From assembly GCF_009914755.1 (NCBI RefSeq), contig NC_060944.1: 64,000 nucleotides of DNA. One strand, 5' to 3'. The position numbers and the translations under genes are program-made. Positions 40,928 through 57,663 of this stretch are shown here, piece after piece (the stretch's first letter is position 1; each line of letters starts with the position of its first letter). Source of the stretch: the human T2T-CHM13v2.0 reference genome, Homo sapiens. The notes under the pieces were generated by a model. It made no database searches and had not been told where the DNA came from. It saw only the letters and a program-made list of their open reading frames with translations.

Positions 40928-41142
40928 TAGTCCCAGATAGCCAGATGCAGCCCCTGATCAATCGTGAGTGTTGTGACCGGTGCTTACTCATTCAGCACTG
41001 TCTAGACACAGGCCGGCCCGATCCTGGCCACACTCTCATAGCTATAAGACTCAGCAACCTCCTGCCCTCTCTGCTCCTCAGCGTCCTTGTCCGTTCGATG
41101 GGGACAATGAGGGCGTCTGCCCACAGGGTCCTTGTGAGTTGA

Positions 41143-42060
<918 letters not shown>

Positions 42061-42744
42061 TGACCACCCACGGCACAGACCCCTGTGGCCCTTAGTCACA
42101 GCAGGAGGCATGAGACCCTCCAGGGCCCTGGGAGTGCAGAGGGCGGTGGCAAGGTCCCGGGGCAGGCGGCACAGCAGACGACCTCAGGAGCCTGGACGGG
42201 AGGGCGAGGATGGGCTGGGCAGAGACGGCAGGAAGAAGGTTTGAGAGCACGCGGGGCTTTCTGAGGGACATGGGCCAGCATCTCAAGAAGCAGCCACCCC
42301 TTCCTGGACCTGCAGTAACCCTGCGAACTGGCCGAGCCCCCCATGGGTCGCACGCTCTCAGAGGCATGGAGGCAGGGCGGGTGGGAGCAGGGATTCTGGA
42401 ACCGAAGATCAGTCCAGTACCACCGCTTACCAGTGGGAAAAGACGTGACCACTCTGTGCCTCAGTTTCCTCCTCTGCCAAGTCGGGGGAGTCTTAGTACC
42501 CCTGAGAATCAAACGAGTCGGAGTCACCGGAACACTGAGGAAGGGCCTGGCTCAGAGCAGCATGGGCTCCTGTTTGCTGCGGCCGTGATGACTGCCCGGG
42601 CTGCTGTTTGCCGAGTACCGGCCGAGTGCCTGCCGCTGCTCATCAGTGGGTGGAACACAGTGACGCCCTGCTGTGGCTTGGCTGACAGCCCAAGTGTGTC
42701 GGCTGGAACCTGGGTCAGTGAATACTGATGGAGGAAACTGCAGC

Positions 42745-43050
42745 ACAATTGAGGCTTTTTTTCTCTCACGTCAAAGAAGGCTGGAGGCAGGCAGCCCAGG
42801 GGGAGATCCGAGACCTGGGGCATCCTGACTGTGCCACGGCATGGCCCAGAATGGCTGCTGGAGCTCCAGCCGTCACAGCCATGTTCTGGCAAACAGAAGG
42901 CCTTGCAGGGAGGGCACGGGCACACGTCTGCTACTAAGGACTTTCAGAAAGCCCCACGCAAGTCCTCCACCCACAGCTCACAAAGCCCAGAACTTACTGA
43001 TGCAGCCACCCCCAGCTGCAAGGGGCGCTGGGAAATGGGGTCTTCTAGAT
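42745..43050 (-). mobile_element. MLT1J/K-like LTR relic
   Basis: ttttctctcacgtcaaagaaggctggaggcaggcagccc...cccagctgcaaggggcgctgggaaatg. Confidence 0.5.
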
Positions 43051-43650
43051 GGACAGTGATGATCCCAGACAAAATGTAGGACTCCGATTATTTTATTAAA
43101 AGGAAACAGAAAATGGATATTGGGGATGACTCAGCAGCGTCTGCCCCAAGGAGACCGGAGAGAAACCAGCCACGCAGATGATTCAGGCAGCAAGAAGAGC
43201 TGGGAGAAAACAAAACAGGCGGCTGGGAGGCAGTGACCAGGGGCTCCGCTCTGAGGAGCTGCCCTTGGGACCAAGAGCTGTGGAACCAGAGGAGCAAGCA
43301 CGGGAAGGAGGGTCACAGAGTTAGGAAACGGTGTGTGCAAAGGCCCTGAGGCGGGGCTGTGTCTGGTCCGCTCTTGGAACGGCTGTGCGTGAAGCCTCAT
43401 GAACAAGGGTAGCCATTGTGCAAACGCTCGTCCCATAGCAGGTGAAGACAGGACGTGGACACCCCCCTGCCAGCCTCCCCCAGCCAGCGCTGCCTCCCCT
43501 GCCAGGGTCCACAGAGCCCGGGCTGTGTAGCTGTGCAGCTGTGCAGCTGCCTGTGAGCCCAGGGCTCTGGTCAGGGGAAGCGTCTCCCCTTGAGGGTCCC
43601 CTGCCGCAGCTCAAGCCCTGAGGTTAAATTAGAAAGTGATTGTGAGCCCG

Positions 43651-44084
<434 letters not shown>

Positions 44085-44435
44085 TCACGTGCCGTGCCAT
44101 CAGCTACATCTCAAAGCAGTTTTCAAAGGTAGCGCCGCGCTGCGTCACCTTAAATGTGTTTTGACGCAGCTTCCGGAAGATTAAAGAGACATCCGTGGGA
44201 TACATTTTTACATGGTTCGCCTGCCTCAGTCAAAACACGTGGTTGTTAACGTCAGGTCAGGAGCTGCCATCAGGAGCAAAGCTACAGTCAGAACATGCCG
44301 CCACCACCGCCGCCTCCAAGCCTGGAGAGCAGACAGGGCATCTCTCTGTCCCCAGATTCCAGCCACCTGGCCTGCATCCTGGGCTGAGGCAAGGACTGAG
44401 CATGTGAAGACCCCAGGGACAGGGATGGCCCCTGA

Positions 44436-45581
<1,146 letters not shown>

Positions 45582-45679
45582 TGACAGTCCTCCAACAGGA
45601 CTGTCCCACCAAGGCTGGGGACACTGGCCACGCTTCAGCTGCTCAGCCTCCTTCACCTGGCCTTGAGGAGGCCACCAAG

Positions 45680-46205
45680 TCATTCCCAATTTCTTGCTGC
45701 TTTAATGAGGCCAGCCGTGAACATCCTTGCAGCTCTGCCCATGTACATCCATGACAACTTCCTGTGCCGGTTGTCAGTTGACTGGACCCTGACTGATATG
45801 TTTCCTTAGAATACTTCCCTGGATGCAGATCTGTGGTATAAAAGGATATCAAAATTCTCAAGTTTTGGCAGTACTGTGAAAATGTGCTCTAAACATGTCT
45901 ACTTCCATCGGGAGAGTGCCTGTTTGTTTCCTCAAACCCCACCAACACTGAACATTATTGTTTTAAAATAATATTTTATTCTGCCACCTTTAGGCCAAAG
46001 TCATTATTTCCATTTGTATATCCTGATTACCAGTGGAAATTTTTTATATATATTTATTGGCCATTTTTGTTTCTTCTGTGAATTGTCTGTTCAATGACTT
46101 TGCCTATGTTTTCTTTGGGGAGTTTCTTTTTATTGATTTGGTAAAACTCTTTATATATTCAGGAAATTATTTCTTCATCCTACATGTTGCAATTGCTTTT
46201 TGGTT
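45680..46205 (-). mobile_element. Old L1ME-like fragment
   Basis: atatttattggccatttttgtttcttctgtgaattgtctgttca...ctctttatatattcagg. Confidence 0.6.
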
Positions 46206-46218
46206 GTGTCTCCAATGT

Positions 46219-46497
46219 CTTTTTTTTTTTGAGACTGTTGCCCAGGCAGAAGTGCAGTGGCACAATCTCAGCTCTGCAACTCCACCTCCCAGGTTCAAGC
46301 AATTCTCCCACCTCAGGCTCCCAAGTAGCTGAGATCACAGGCTTGCACCACACGCCCGGCTAATTTTTGTATTTTTTACTAGAGACAGGGTTTTGCCATG
46401 TTGGCCAGGCTGGTCGTGAACTCCTGACTTCAAGTGATCTGCCCACCTCAGCCTCCCAAAGTGCTGGGATTACAAGCGTGAGCCACCACACCCAACC
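46219..46497 (-). mobile_element. AluS element with TSD ctccaatgtcttt
   Basis: T tail, antisense Alu dimer, duplicated flank on both sides. Confidence 0.93.
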
Positions 46498-46553
46498 TCC
46501 AATGTCTTTTAACTTAATGATGTAGCACAGGTGTATGTATGTATGTGTGGTAA

Positions 46554-46913
<360 letters not shown>

Positions 46914-49456
46914 TGAGCACCAGGGTGGGCAGGGGCATTGTGGGTATGAGTGCCCTGTCCCAGGCATGGTGGGCAGAGGGGGGCCTGGATTTGCCCCTCA
47001 GCCCTCATCTCTCAGCCTCATCTGTCAGGAGCCTTTCAGAAATGCAGCTGAACTGGTCCATATGACAATGGGAAATTGGAGCCTCCCGTTACTCTCAAGT
47101 CTGGAGGTGCAGGCCGGCCCAGGTGTCTCCCATGGCCTGGCCCCTTTCCACGGCTCCACTCTGCCTCCCAGAGCCCCTGTGTCCTGAAGCTGTTGCCCTC
47201 CAGGACCTGTGACGCCTGTGGGCAGCTCCCAGGTGGACTTAGCAGAGGGAAGGTCAGCCCTGCCTGTTAGCGTCCCCATCCAAAGTCCCAGGACACTCTC
47301 TGATTGGACTGGCTTGGGTCACATGCACACCTTGGAGCCAATCACCAGCCAAGCAATGGAGTGTTCTCACTGGCTCTGCCCAGATCACATGCTCTAGTAG
47401 TTTCTTGAGTTTCCCACAACCACTGTGGGTTCCCAACAGGTCTGAGGGCTGGCGGGGGGGCGGTGCCAGGGGAGGTGCTTGAAAATGACCCCAGAGGTCC
47501 CTCTTCCCATCATCCCTCATGGACAGTCGCCGTGGTCTGTGATACCCCAGGGATCCCAGTGGGAGGCAGGGCGGGGAAGGGTTGGGCTACCACCTCCCCA
47601 GTTCACACCCAAACCACAGGGTCCCCCACCACGTCCAGAACAGGCGGCAGGCCCCTCCTGCAGACCTGGCCTGCGGCTGACTTGAGACCCCAGGGACCAA
47701 CCTGAGCCCTGTCCAAAGGATGTCTGAGTTATGAGGACTCTGCTTTTTTCCCCATTTCCAGACCTATCACCCCTTGAAAAGCCGGTTTTCATTTCTGAGG
47801 CTTGTTTTGAAAGCCGTTCAGTGTCGTGGGCTTCTTTGTATGATCAGGAGTGGAAAGAGCCCCACAGAGGTTGGGAGGTGTCTCTGTAGCAAAGGTGGAG
47901 GCATTCTCACCGATGTCCCCTGCTCTGGAAACACCGGGGGCCAGGCCCCAGCCAGAGCACCCTCTGTGGGCAGGGCTGTGAGACCCAATTCAGCTGAGTG
48001 CCTGGCCCGTGCAGGAGACCTGGGCCACTCTCGAGGGCAGCCGCAGTGGAGGGCATCCGCAGTGGGGCCGGGGCCACGGTCAACAGCAGATCCGCCTGCT
48101 GCCCGGCTTCTGCCCAGTCGTGGGCACCTCAGCCCTGGTGGGGTGCATGGGGGGCACCCGGAGTGGCCTCCCCTCCTCCACACTCCTCCTCTCAACCCTC
48201 GCTCATCTTGTCTGCCTGGATGAGCCTGGGATGCCAGCTGTGAGAGTGGAGCTGACCTCTTCAAAGGTTCTTGGCCTTGTGGCTTCCGTCGAGCCAAGAC
48301 TAGGCCCGGGCTCCAGGCTCCAGGTTCTCACGGAGCTGCACCTGCAGTGCGTGGCTCCTCCCTCCGCCTGCACTTCCCTCTCCACGATCTGGGCCAGGTC
48401 AGGAAGCGTCCCCCGGCTGTCACCTCACCCTCTGCAGGCAGGGCGATGCCGCCAATACCCACAGAGCTCCTCCCAAGCCTCCACTCCGCTTCGGAATCCT
48501 CCTCACGACATCAGGCAGCCACAGCCAATTAATCGGGTTGGCAAAAAACAGCCCTCCTGACTGGGGGGTCGCCGCCCCTCTCGCCTCCGGGCTCACCCTC
48601 TGCGGTACATAAGAGTGCACCTGTGATTCTGGGCCTCAGTCGTTACATCTGTGACATGGGAGGTGACGGGAGGCTTCAGGAGGATGCAGTGGAGTGGTTT
48701 GTGCAGGCATTTACTGGGGGCGTGGGCTGCATTACCTGCTCCTGGAGCTTTGCAGATGGGTGCGCCAGGCTTTTCCTGCAGCAGAGGCAGCCAGGGGTCC
48801 AGAGTGAGCAAGGCTGTTTAGGGGAGCCAGGGCTGGACACGGACCTCGGAAGGCAGGAAGAATCCAGTTCAGCTTGGGGGAGAGGGTCCCTCCATCCACC
48901 CCACAAGGGGACTTTACCTCTCTTCAATTTCCACATGCACCTGAACTTCTGAGCCTGTACCCCAATTCCTTTGAGTGGTGGAAAGAGCCCCTCTGAGTGA
49001 CCCCCTCGGTACTGGGTGGGGCTGCCCTTCTGTCCAGCGACGCCCTGGACTGACCCCACCCCAGGGGCCCTCAGGAAGCAGGATCCCTGGATCCCCTCTC
49101 TGGGCCCCTATCCTCCCAGGGCAGAGCCTCTTTCAATATGGGGGAGTCCATCTCCCTCTCTCAGTGATTCCTACCAAGACACTGTGTGCCTAAAACCTCA
49201 CTTCCACCTCCTCTGACAAAGCCATCTCCCTCCTGCTGCTCAGAAGAGGGACTCAGAAAGACTTGTGGGTGGGCCCCTCAGCCCCCCATGTCCTCCCGTC
49301 CCCAGGCGGTGAGAGGCACCCTGAGCTGGCTGCCTTCTCAAAAGGGGAGTGCAAGAGGAGGGCGAGCTTGTAAATCAATGACTCAAAATGTAGCCCAGTG
49401 CCCAGGCAGTGAGCTGGGGAGAGGGCCTGAGCCAGTGCGGCTGTGCCTTGGAAACT

Positions 49457-50238
<782 letters not shown>

Positions 50239-50593
50239 TAGTGTCTCAGCAGGGATTGCCCTGGGGTTTAACAGTAAGACATTTCAACCTTTTCACCAGT
50301 GAAGGTGCCAGGCAGGGGCGCACGGTTTCCTAGCCTGGGCTGAGCTGTGTACACTGCACCTGCATCCCCCACGGGGGATCCTGGGACCCCTCCCATCCTC
50401 GCCTTCTTCCCTCCCATCACCAGCCCCAGCCCAGTGCTGCCCTGTGCCCTGGAGGGGAGGGGGCTCCGGGTTGGCCAAGCACACCGATGCCCACTCGCGG
50501 ATGCTGCTGTGTGCAGAGGGCTGTCGACTGACCAGGGGCAGTGCACCAGGCGCCCGGGAGGGTAGACTGTGAGAGCTGGTGGTTGGAATCTGA

Positions 50594-51325
<732 letters not shown>

Positions 51326-52536
51326 TAAAAATTAAATTCTGGTAACACACACAGAAGCCATCTCCACAGTGCCGGCGGCTGCCGTGGGTGGGAGGCAGCT
51401 CAGACCCGGGTTCCAGGCCCTGCTCTGCCCCTCCAGCGGGGTGGCCTGGGCAAATCACCTCCCTCAGCAGGCCCTCTTTCCAAGGATGAGGATTCCTCCC
51501 TGTAGGCTAGGCGAAGGATCAACACACAGGGCCGGGTGCACAGCAGGGGCTTCGTAAGAATTCGGGTTTGCAGCAGAGGCGCCAGTAGCAAGCACAGGCC
51601 TCAGGAGGAGAATCAGCGGGGCGACGGCGGGGAAGGCGCACTTGGTGCTATGAGCCCTCCAAGTATTAACCTTACACAGAGCCCACTGCCGCTGTGAACG
51701 GCCTTCCCGGGCTCGGCTCACCCAGATGCTCAGAGAGGCAGAGGCCCAAGCCTGGTCTCAGGGCCCAGGCCAACTTGCCCCCCCTCCCCACCCCACCCCA
51801 CACCCCAAACATCAGGACACAGCAGGTGGGAGCCACACAGAGGTGGCTGCCTTCCAGGGCTGCCGCCTGACCACCTGCCCAACCTGACACTTGAGGGTTG
51901 GAGGGGACTTGACTTGACCAACAAGCAGCACACCCCAGCCTTCCATCTTCCCCTTTGCAAGAAACATTTGAAACATCGCTTACAATGTCGCCAGGGCAAC
52001 ACTCAGTTTCCACTTCCAACGCGCAGCTCCCTGTCTTCGTTCCCGTCTTCCATCTTCCTTTGCGGTGAAGAGAACAGAGGAGCAAGTCAAACAGGGCAGA
52101 CTCCTCCCAGGGAGCGTCCTCCGGGCAGTGACTCTGAGGCTCCAGACTGGCCTCGCCTGTGGCTCTGCAGGGATCACGGTGTCCTCCGTGCTGCTTCTAG
52201 TCGGCGTGAGCCCCTGTGGTTTCATCACCTGCTCGCCGATGCCCACTGCATTTTAAAGGAGGTTTAGCAACACTTAGACCTCAGCCTAGGTCAGAATCTC
52301 ACTTTAAAGGAATTGATTTAAACAGAAGATAACCCAGGCAGTGATTCAACAGAAAGACAGAAAGGTTTCCCCAAAGCAGATGGTGTTCTGGGCCACAGAT
52401 GAAATTCCTACAACTGCCCACGCAGAAGCTGCTCTGACAACATGACGCTTACCGTCTATGACATAATAAAAACGTAAAGATCCCCAAACGTTTGCCCTGC
52501 CCAGTCTATAATTAATTTAGAGCCCACTGTTTGTTA

Positions 52537-52972
52537 GCCAGGCGCGGTGGCTCAGGCCTGTCATCCCAGCACTTTGGGAGGCCAAGGCAGGTGGATCACC
52601 TGAGGTCAGGAGTTCAAGACCAGACTGGCCAACATGGTGAAACCCCGTCTCTATTAAAAATACAAAAATTAGCCGGCGTGGTGGCCTGTAATCCCAACAC
52701 TTTGGGAGGCCATGGCAGGTGGATCACCTGAGGTCAGGAGTTCAAGACCAGACTGGCCAACATGGTGAGACCCCCGTCTCTACTAAAAATACAAAAATTA
52801 GCTGGGCATGGTGGCGGGCACCTGTAATCCCACTACTTGGGAGGCTGAGACAGGAGAATCGCTTGAACGTGGGAGGCAGAGGTTACAGTGAGCCAAGGTC
52901 GCACCACTGTACTCCAGCCTGCAAGACAGAGCAAAACTCCATTTCAGAAAAATCTAAAAATAAATAAATAAA
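52537..52972 (+). mobile_element. AluSx-like element with a duplicated left arm (L-L-R trimer)
   Basis: Two consecutive left monomers, then a right monomer; TSD agcccactgtt on both sides. Confidence 0.9.
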
Positions 52973-53304
52973 GCCCACTGTTAGATAGGTCTTAGGAGAA
53001 ATTAAAAATGAAAACAACAAACCAGTCCATACTGAATGACACTGAGTACCCTCTCCCAGGGTCACAGGAGGAGCAGGTGCTGGCATGGAGGTGGCACCCG
53101 CGGGCACTGAGGAGAGGACGGGGCTCCAGCAACACCCACGGCACTGCCAAAGCTTGTCCGTGGGAGTGCCACACTCATAACTGCCAGGTTCTGACTTCTG
53201 TCCACCCTAGGTCCACTTTCCCTCCAGACAATGGTCAGCTAGACTGGAGAACCATCTGCCTGCCCCCTTAGGGAGGAGCTGAGCTTCAGCCACATGGCCC
53301 AGCC

Positions 53305-53490
53305 CTCACCTCCCCCACACCACCCCTTGCCCTCTCCCACACCCCCCTGCCCTTCCCCTATAAACCCTCACAGCCCCCCACCCTCTCCCACACCTCCACC
53401 TTCCCCCACACCCCTCCCCCACACCCCCTCCCCTTCCCCCACACCCCCTCCCCCACACCCCCTCCCCCCTCTCCCACACCCCCCCCCCCA
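53305..53490. repeat. C-rich low-complexity tract (G4-forming on the - strand)
   Basis: Many C4-C9 runs such as ccccacaccccctccccc. Confidence 0.85.
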
Positions 53491-53775
53491 TCTGCCCTTG
53501 GGTTGGGAGGAGCTGAACTCCAGCCACGGGCCCTGCCCAACCCTCCGCCTCCCCTGCCCACAGACTGCTGCTGGATTTGAGTTTGCCCCTTCAACACTCC
53601 CACGCTCCATCTTCACAAATGCCCTTTTCTACTCGGAAATGCCCTTCAGTTAAATGCAGAGAGCCCTTATTGGACACCTACTTTATGCAACGTCCTACCT
53701 CCCTACCTCTTCTTCTGGGCCTCGCTTTCCGTTCCATCTGATCCCGGGGCTGAGACAACGCGTCCTGCACCCTAA

Positions 53776-54003
<228 letters not shown>

Positions 54004-54278
54004 CTGACCTCGCATCTTCGGACCGAAGTGAGAGCCGTGCTCGGACGCCGGAGGAGCAGGACTGAGCAGAGGCGGCCGGTCTTCCCGACTCCCTGCGGCT
54101 GTGTCCTTAGTGCTGTTAGGAGGCCCCCCAATCCCCACGTTGAGCTGTCTAGCATGAGCACCCACCCCCACAGCGCCCTGCACCCGGCCGCTGCCCAGCA
54201 CCGCGCTGGCTGGCACTGAAGGACAGCAAGAGGCACTCTGTCTTCACTTGAATTTCCTAGAACAGAAGCACTGTTTTT

Positions 54279-54329
54279 AAAAAAAAAAAAAAAAAAGAAG
54301 AAAGAAAGAAAAAAAAAAAAAAAAAGAAA
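54279..54329 (+). repeat. A-rich (A)n/(GAAA)n tract in the proximal 3' UTR
   Basis: Two long A runs separated by gaagaaagaaag. Confidence 0.95.
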
Positions 54330-57300
54330 GTGCCTTTTGGTACATGTATCAGATTCCCTCAAACTCAGGAGTGTCTAAAGCAGACAGACCGTCCCCACCT
54401 TCCCATCCCGAGCGGCCTCCAACCCCAGCTAGTCCCAGCTCTGAAGGCATCATTCAGAAATGGGGGAGACTGTGTCTGTCTTTCTTACTTTTTTTTTGGT
54501 CTTTTATTAAGAAAAAGAAAGTGGGTGACTTGTTTGAAAACAGAGTGGGGTTCAAATCCCAGCAGCCTTTGCTGTACACAGCTGGGGGTCTCTTGAGCCT
54601 CTTGGGAGTCAAGGCCAGCTGGGAGGCTTAGCCCTTCAGCCCCAGCAGAAGGCCCTGGGGCTGGTGGGGCTCAGAATACCCCTACCTTGTGGCTGCTCCC
54701 CACCCCCTCCCGGATGCTGTGAGGAGCTCAGGCAGGGGCCTGGAGGGGAACAGGGGTCATCCTGAAGGGGCTCCACCCCCAGTCAACCCAGGCCTCCCTC
54801 AGGGACACCTGTCACCCTGAGTGCCACCAGGTCCCCTCTGCCTTTGGTCCAGAAGAGTGAGTTGTCCAAACCAGCCAGGATCCTGGCTCCAGCCCTCCAA
54901 CCCTGGCGACCAGACCCCATGGGGTGCCATCAACGGCCCCGCGACAGGCATCAGTTCAAACCCCAGGACACTCTCGACAGCTCCAACCATCCGGAGGGCT
55001 GTGCAGATGGCAGGAACCAAGGACCCTCCCTGGCAGCTGAAGAGGGCAGTTACGGTTGGGCGTGGTGACCAGAACACACCCAGCAGCCTGCGAAGCCTCC
55101 CCGTCCCCAGCCTGTGCTCCTGATTCCCGCCAGACGCTTGTGAGCCTGTGTGGGTGGCAGGAGGCCCCGTCTTGCTGTGCCTACCTGTCGCACAGATGCC
55201 TCTGCACGCTGCAGACGGTGCCTCTCCTCTCCTATGGACCCTCGTCGGGGGCAGGCAGCGGCCGGGTCCAAACTTGCTGCTGTCCTCGAGGCTGGCACTG
55301 CTATCTCCAGGGCTGGGTTGACTCAAGCCAGACAGGGGGAAGGAATTGGTTCTGCAGGACAGTGAGAGGGTCTGTGTCCCGGCACCCCTGGGACAGCGCT
55401 CGGCTGCCTGTGCTCACTGCATGAGAAAACTCAGAGGGTGCATTCTCCCTCTGGCATGGCTGTGTCTGGGCGCCTTGGGCTGCGGCAGGGGGCAGGCCCC
55501 ACGTGGGGAAGCCTCGTGCTTGGTCAGCTTTCTGTCTCTCCCAGGCCAGTGACAACTGGCTTCCCGAGGAAGGAGGTGAGGTACCAGGGACCCTGGGCAG
55601 GACCTGGTGTCGGGCAGGGCGGTGCCAGCACTGGGGAAGGACAGGGAGCCCTCCCGGAGCCCCACCCTGCACCTGCCGCTGGGGTCAGGGAGTGTCTCGG
55701 GGTGCCTTTGGGGGCAGCATGAGCTCCACCAGGGGCCCCGGCCCCCACCTCAGCCTATGGCCCTTCCCCATGGCTAAGGTCATGCCTTTTCTGAACAGCT
55801 TTGGCCTTGAGTGCACACATCTGTGCCAGGCTCACGGCATGTTCCCGTTGGATGTCAGGGTCCTTGTCCAAACCAAACTCACAGCTGCCCCTGTGCAGCC
55901 TTCAGAGTTGAGCTGGGGTCTCAGTCTCCAACCTGTCCTTTCTGACCCTCCCATGGCTGCCCAGGGAGGGCGGGGTTCACTGTGCCACGTGCTGGGTGCC
56001 CCCCTCTGCAGACAGCCAGTCCAGGAGATGGACCAACAGAGGTCAAGGGGCAGCTGGCCAGGCCGCACCGGGGTCCCCGAGTTCTGAGCTGTGCTATGCA
56101 AACAAGAATGCTCCTGTGTGGGGGGGCATGGCCGTTGGAGGTATAGCTGGGCGGGTAGTGGAAGGACTGGAAATCTCTGTTGTTGTTTGGGGAAGTCCAT
56201 GCTTCAGTCCTTCGGAGTATGCGTGGATTGTTCGAAGTGTGACTATGGCCCGGGAGCCAGGGCAGCATGAACTCCTTTCTCTGAAATTTCGAGGCCTCCT
56301 TGGGTTCCCTGAACTCCGGGCTGATGTTCCCAGGACCCAGCACCAGGAGACCCCAGTCCCGCCAGCAGCCGCCGCTACCCAGGAGGGCTGGGCGACATTG
56401 GCCGCCTCCCACCAGCTCCCCCTCCTCGCCCACAGCCTCTTGTCACTGCCAAGCCCCCGTTCCTTTTGCCCAAATCACGCAGGCGGAAGCTGCAGTGCCA
56501 GCTGGAGGGATGTTCATAGGGCTTCCTGTGCCCATCCCTGCTCCAAACAGCTGGACAGCTTCCCCTCTACCCCCACCCTGGTGAGCCCCTGGGGGCCAGA
56601 GAAAGATGGGGTTCCTGCACCTTCCCAGCTCCACCTCTGAACTTGAGTTAGCGTTAGCTAAGCATACAATCAGTGTCGAACGTCTCTCTTCCTTAAGCTT
56701 GTAGATACGACTGCCTATAATCAGGGGACTCCCACTGGAGGCCGGGAGGCCAATGCTGGCCAGGTGCGAGGGCATGGTTTGGTTCCTTTAGGGAATTTTT
56801 GTTTTGCAAACAGGAGAAACCTGTGCTGCAGGTTGGAGTGGCAGGAACGACTGGCCTTGGTCAGCAGGCAGCCCCCAGCCTAGGGCCACAGTCCTCTTCA
56901 GGGCCTGGGCAGCCCCAATTTCTGGCCCAGCAGGTTTCTCTTTGTAGTGTCTTTCAGCACATCCAAAATGCTAGGCCTCCTGCCACCAACGTGTCAGAGC
57001 AATGTCCAACTGTCAGGCTCTCAGAGATGCCTCAGTTTCCCTAGCATGAGCACCAGCCGACACACACAGTCCACTGAGATGATAATTCTGTTCTCTCCAA
57101 AGCAAAAAGCTGGGCGAGGGGTAGTCTCAATTTCTGTCAGTGCTCAAAGGAATAACACCAAAAGAATCAACACAGAATCTCCCAGACACACGTGACCCAG
57201 CTCGTGGCGCCGTGGGTCCGTAGGAGGGACAGTACCTCACAACAGGCCCAGCGGGGGACCACCTCTCTGTACAATTGGAACGCGTTTTACTTTTCTTTTC

Positions 57301-57657
57301 TCTCCTTTTTTCATTCCGATTTTTTTTGCATGTTTCTTTTTGAAATGGGCAAAATGTGTAGCAGCCTGCATGAGCACAGTTGTTTTGGGGAAAGATACTG
57401 GAGTATGATGTACTCACACCTGCAAATCTGAGCATCGCGAGGTTAAACGTTCCACCTTTTTTTGTAATCGTCAACAGCACAACTATTTTGTATTGTTGTT
57501 TGTATCATTTTGTACCAAAAAAAAAAAGGAAAAAAAAAGGGAAGAGAGTTGATGTTTTCAGTGTGTTTCCAGTGCCAGACAGTCTTGGTCCTGAACTCAG
57601 TAGACCCTTGCGGAGCGGTTGTGCGCGGGCAGGCGGGGCGCGCTGCTCCAGAGAATG

Positions 57658-57663
57658 AATAAA
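57658..57663 (+). terminator. Polyadenylation signal AATAAA of CDH4
   Basis: gaatgAATAAAgtcccc, followed ~30-45 nt later by U-rich ttgattttctt. Confidence 0.8.
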
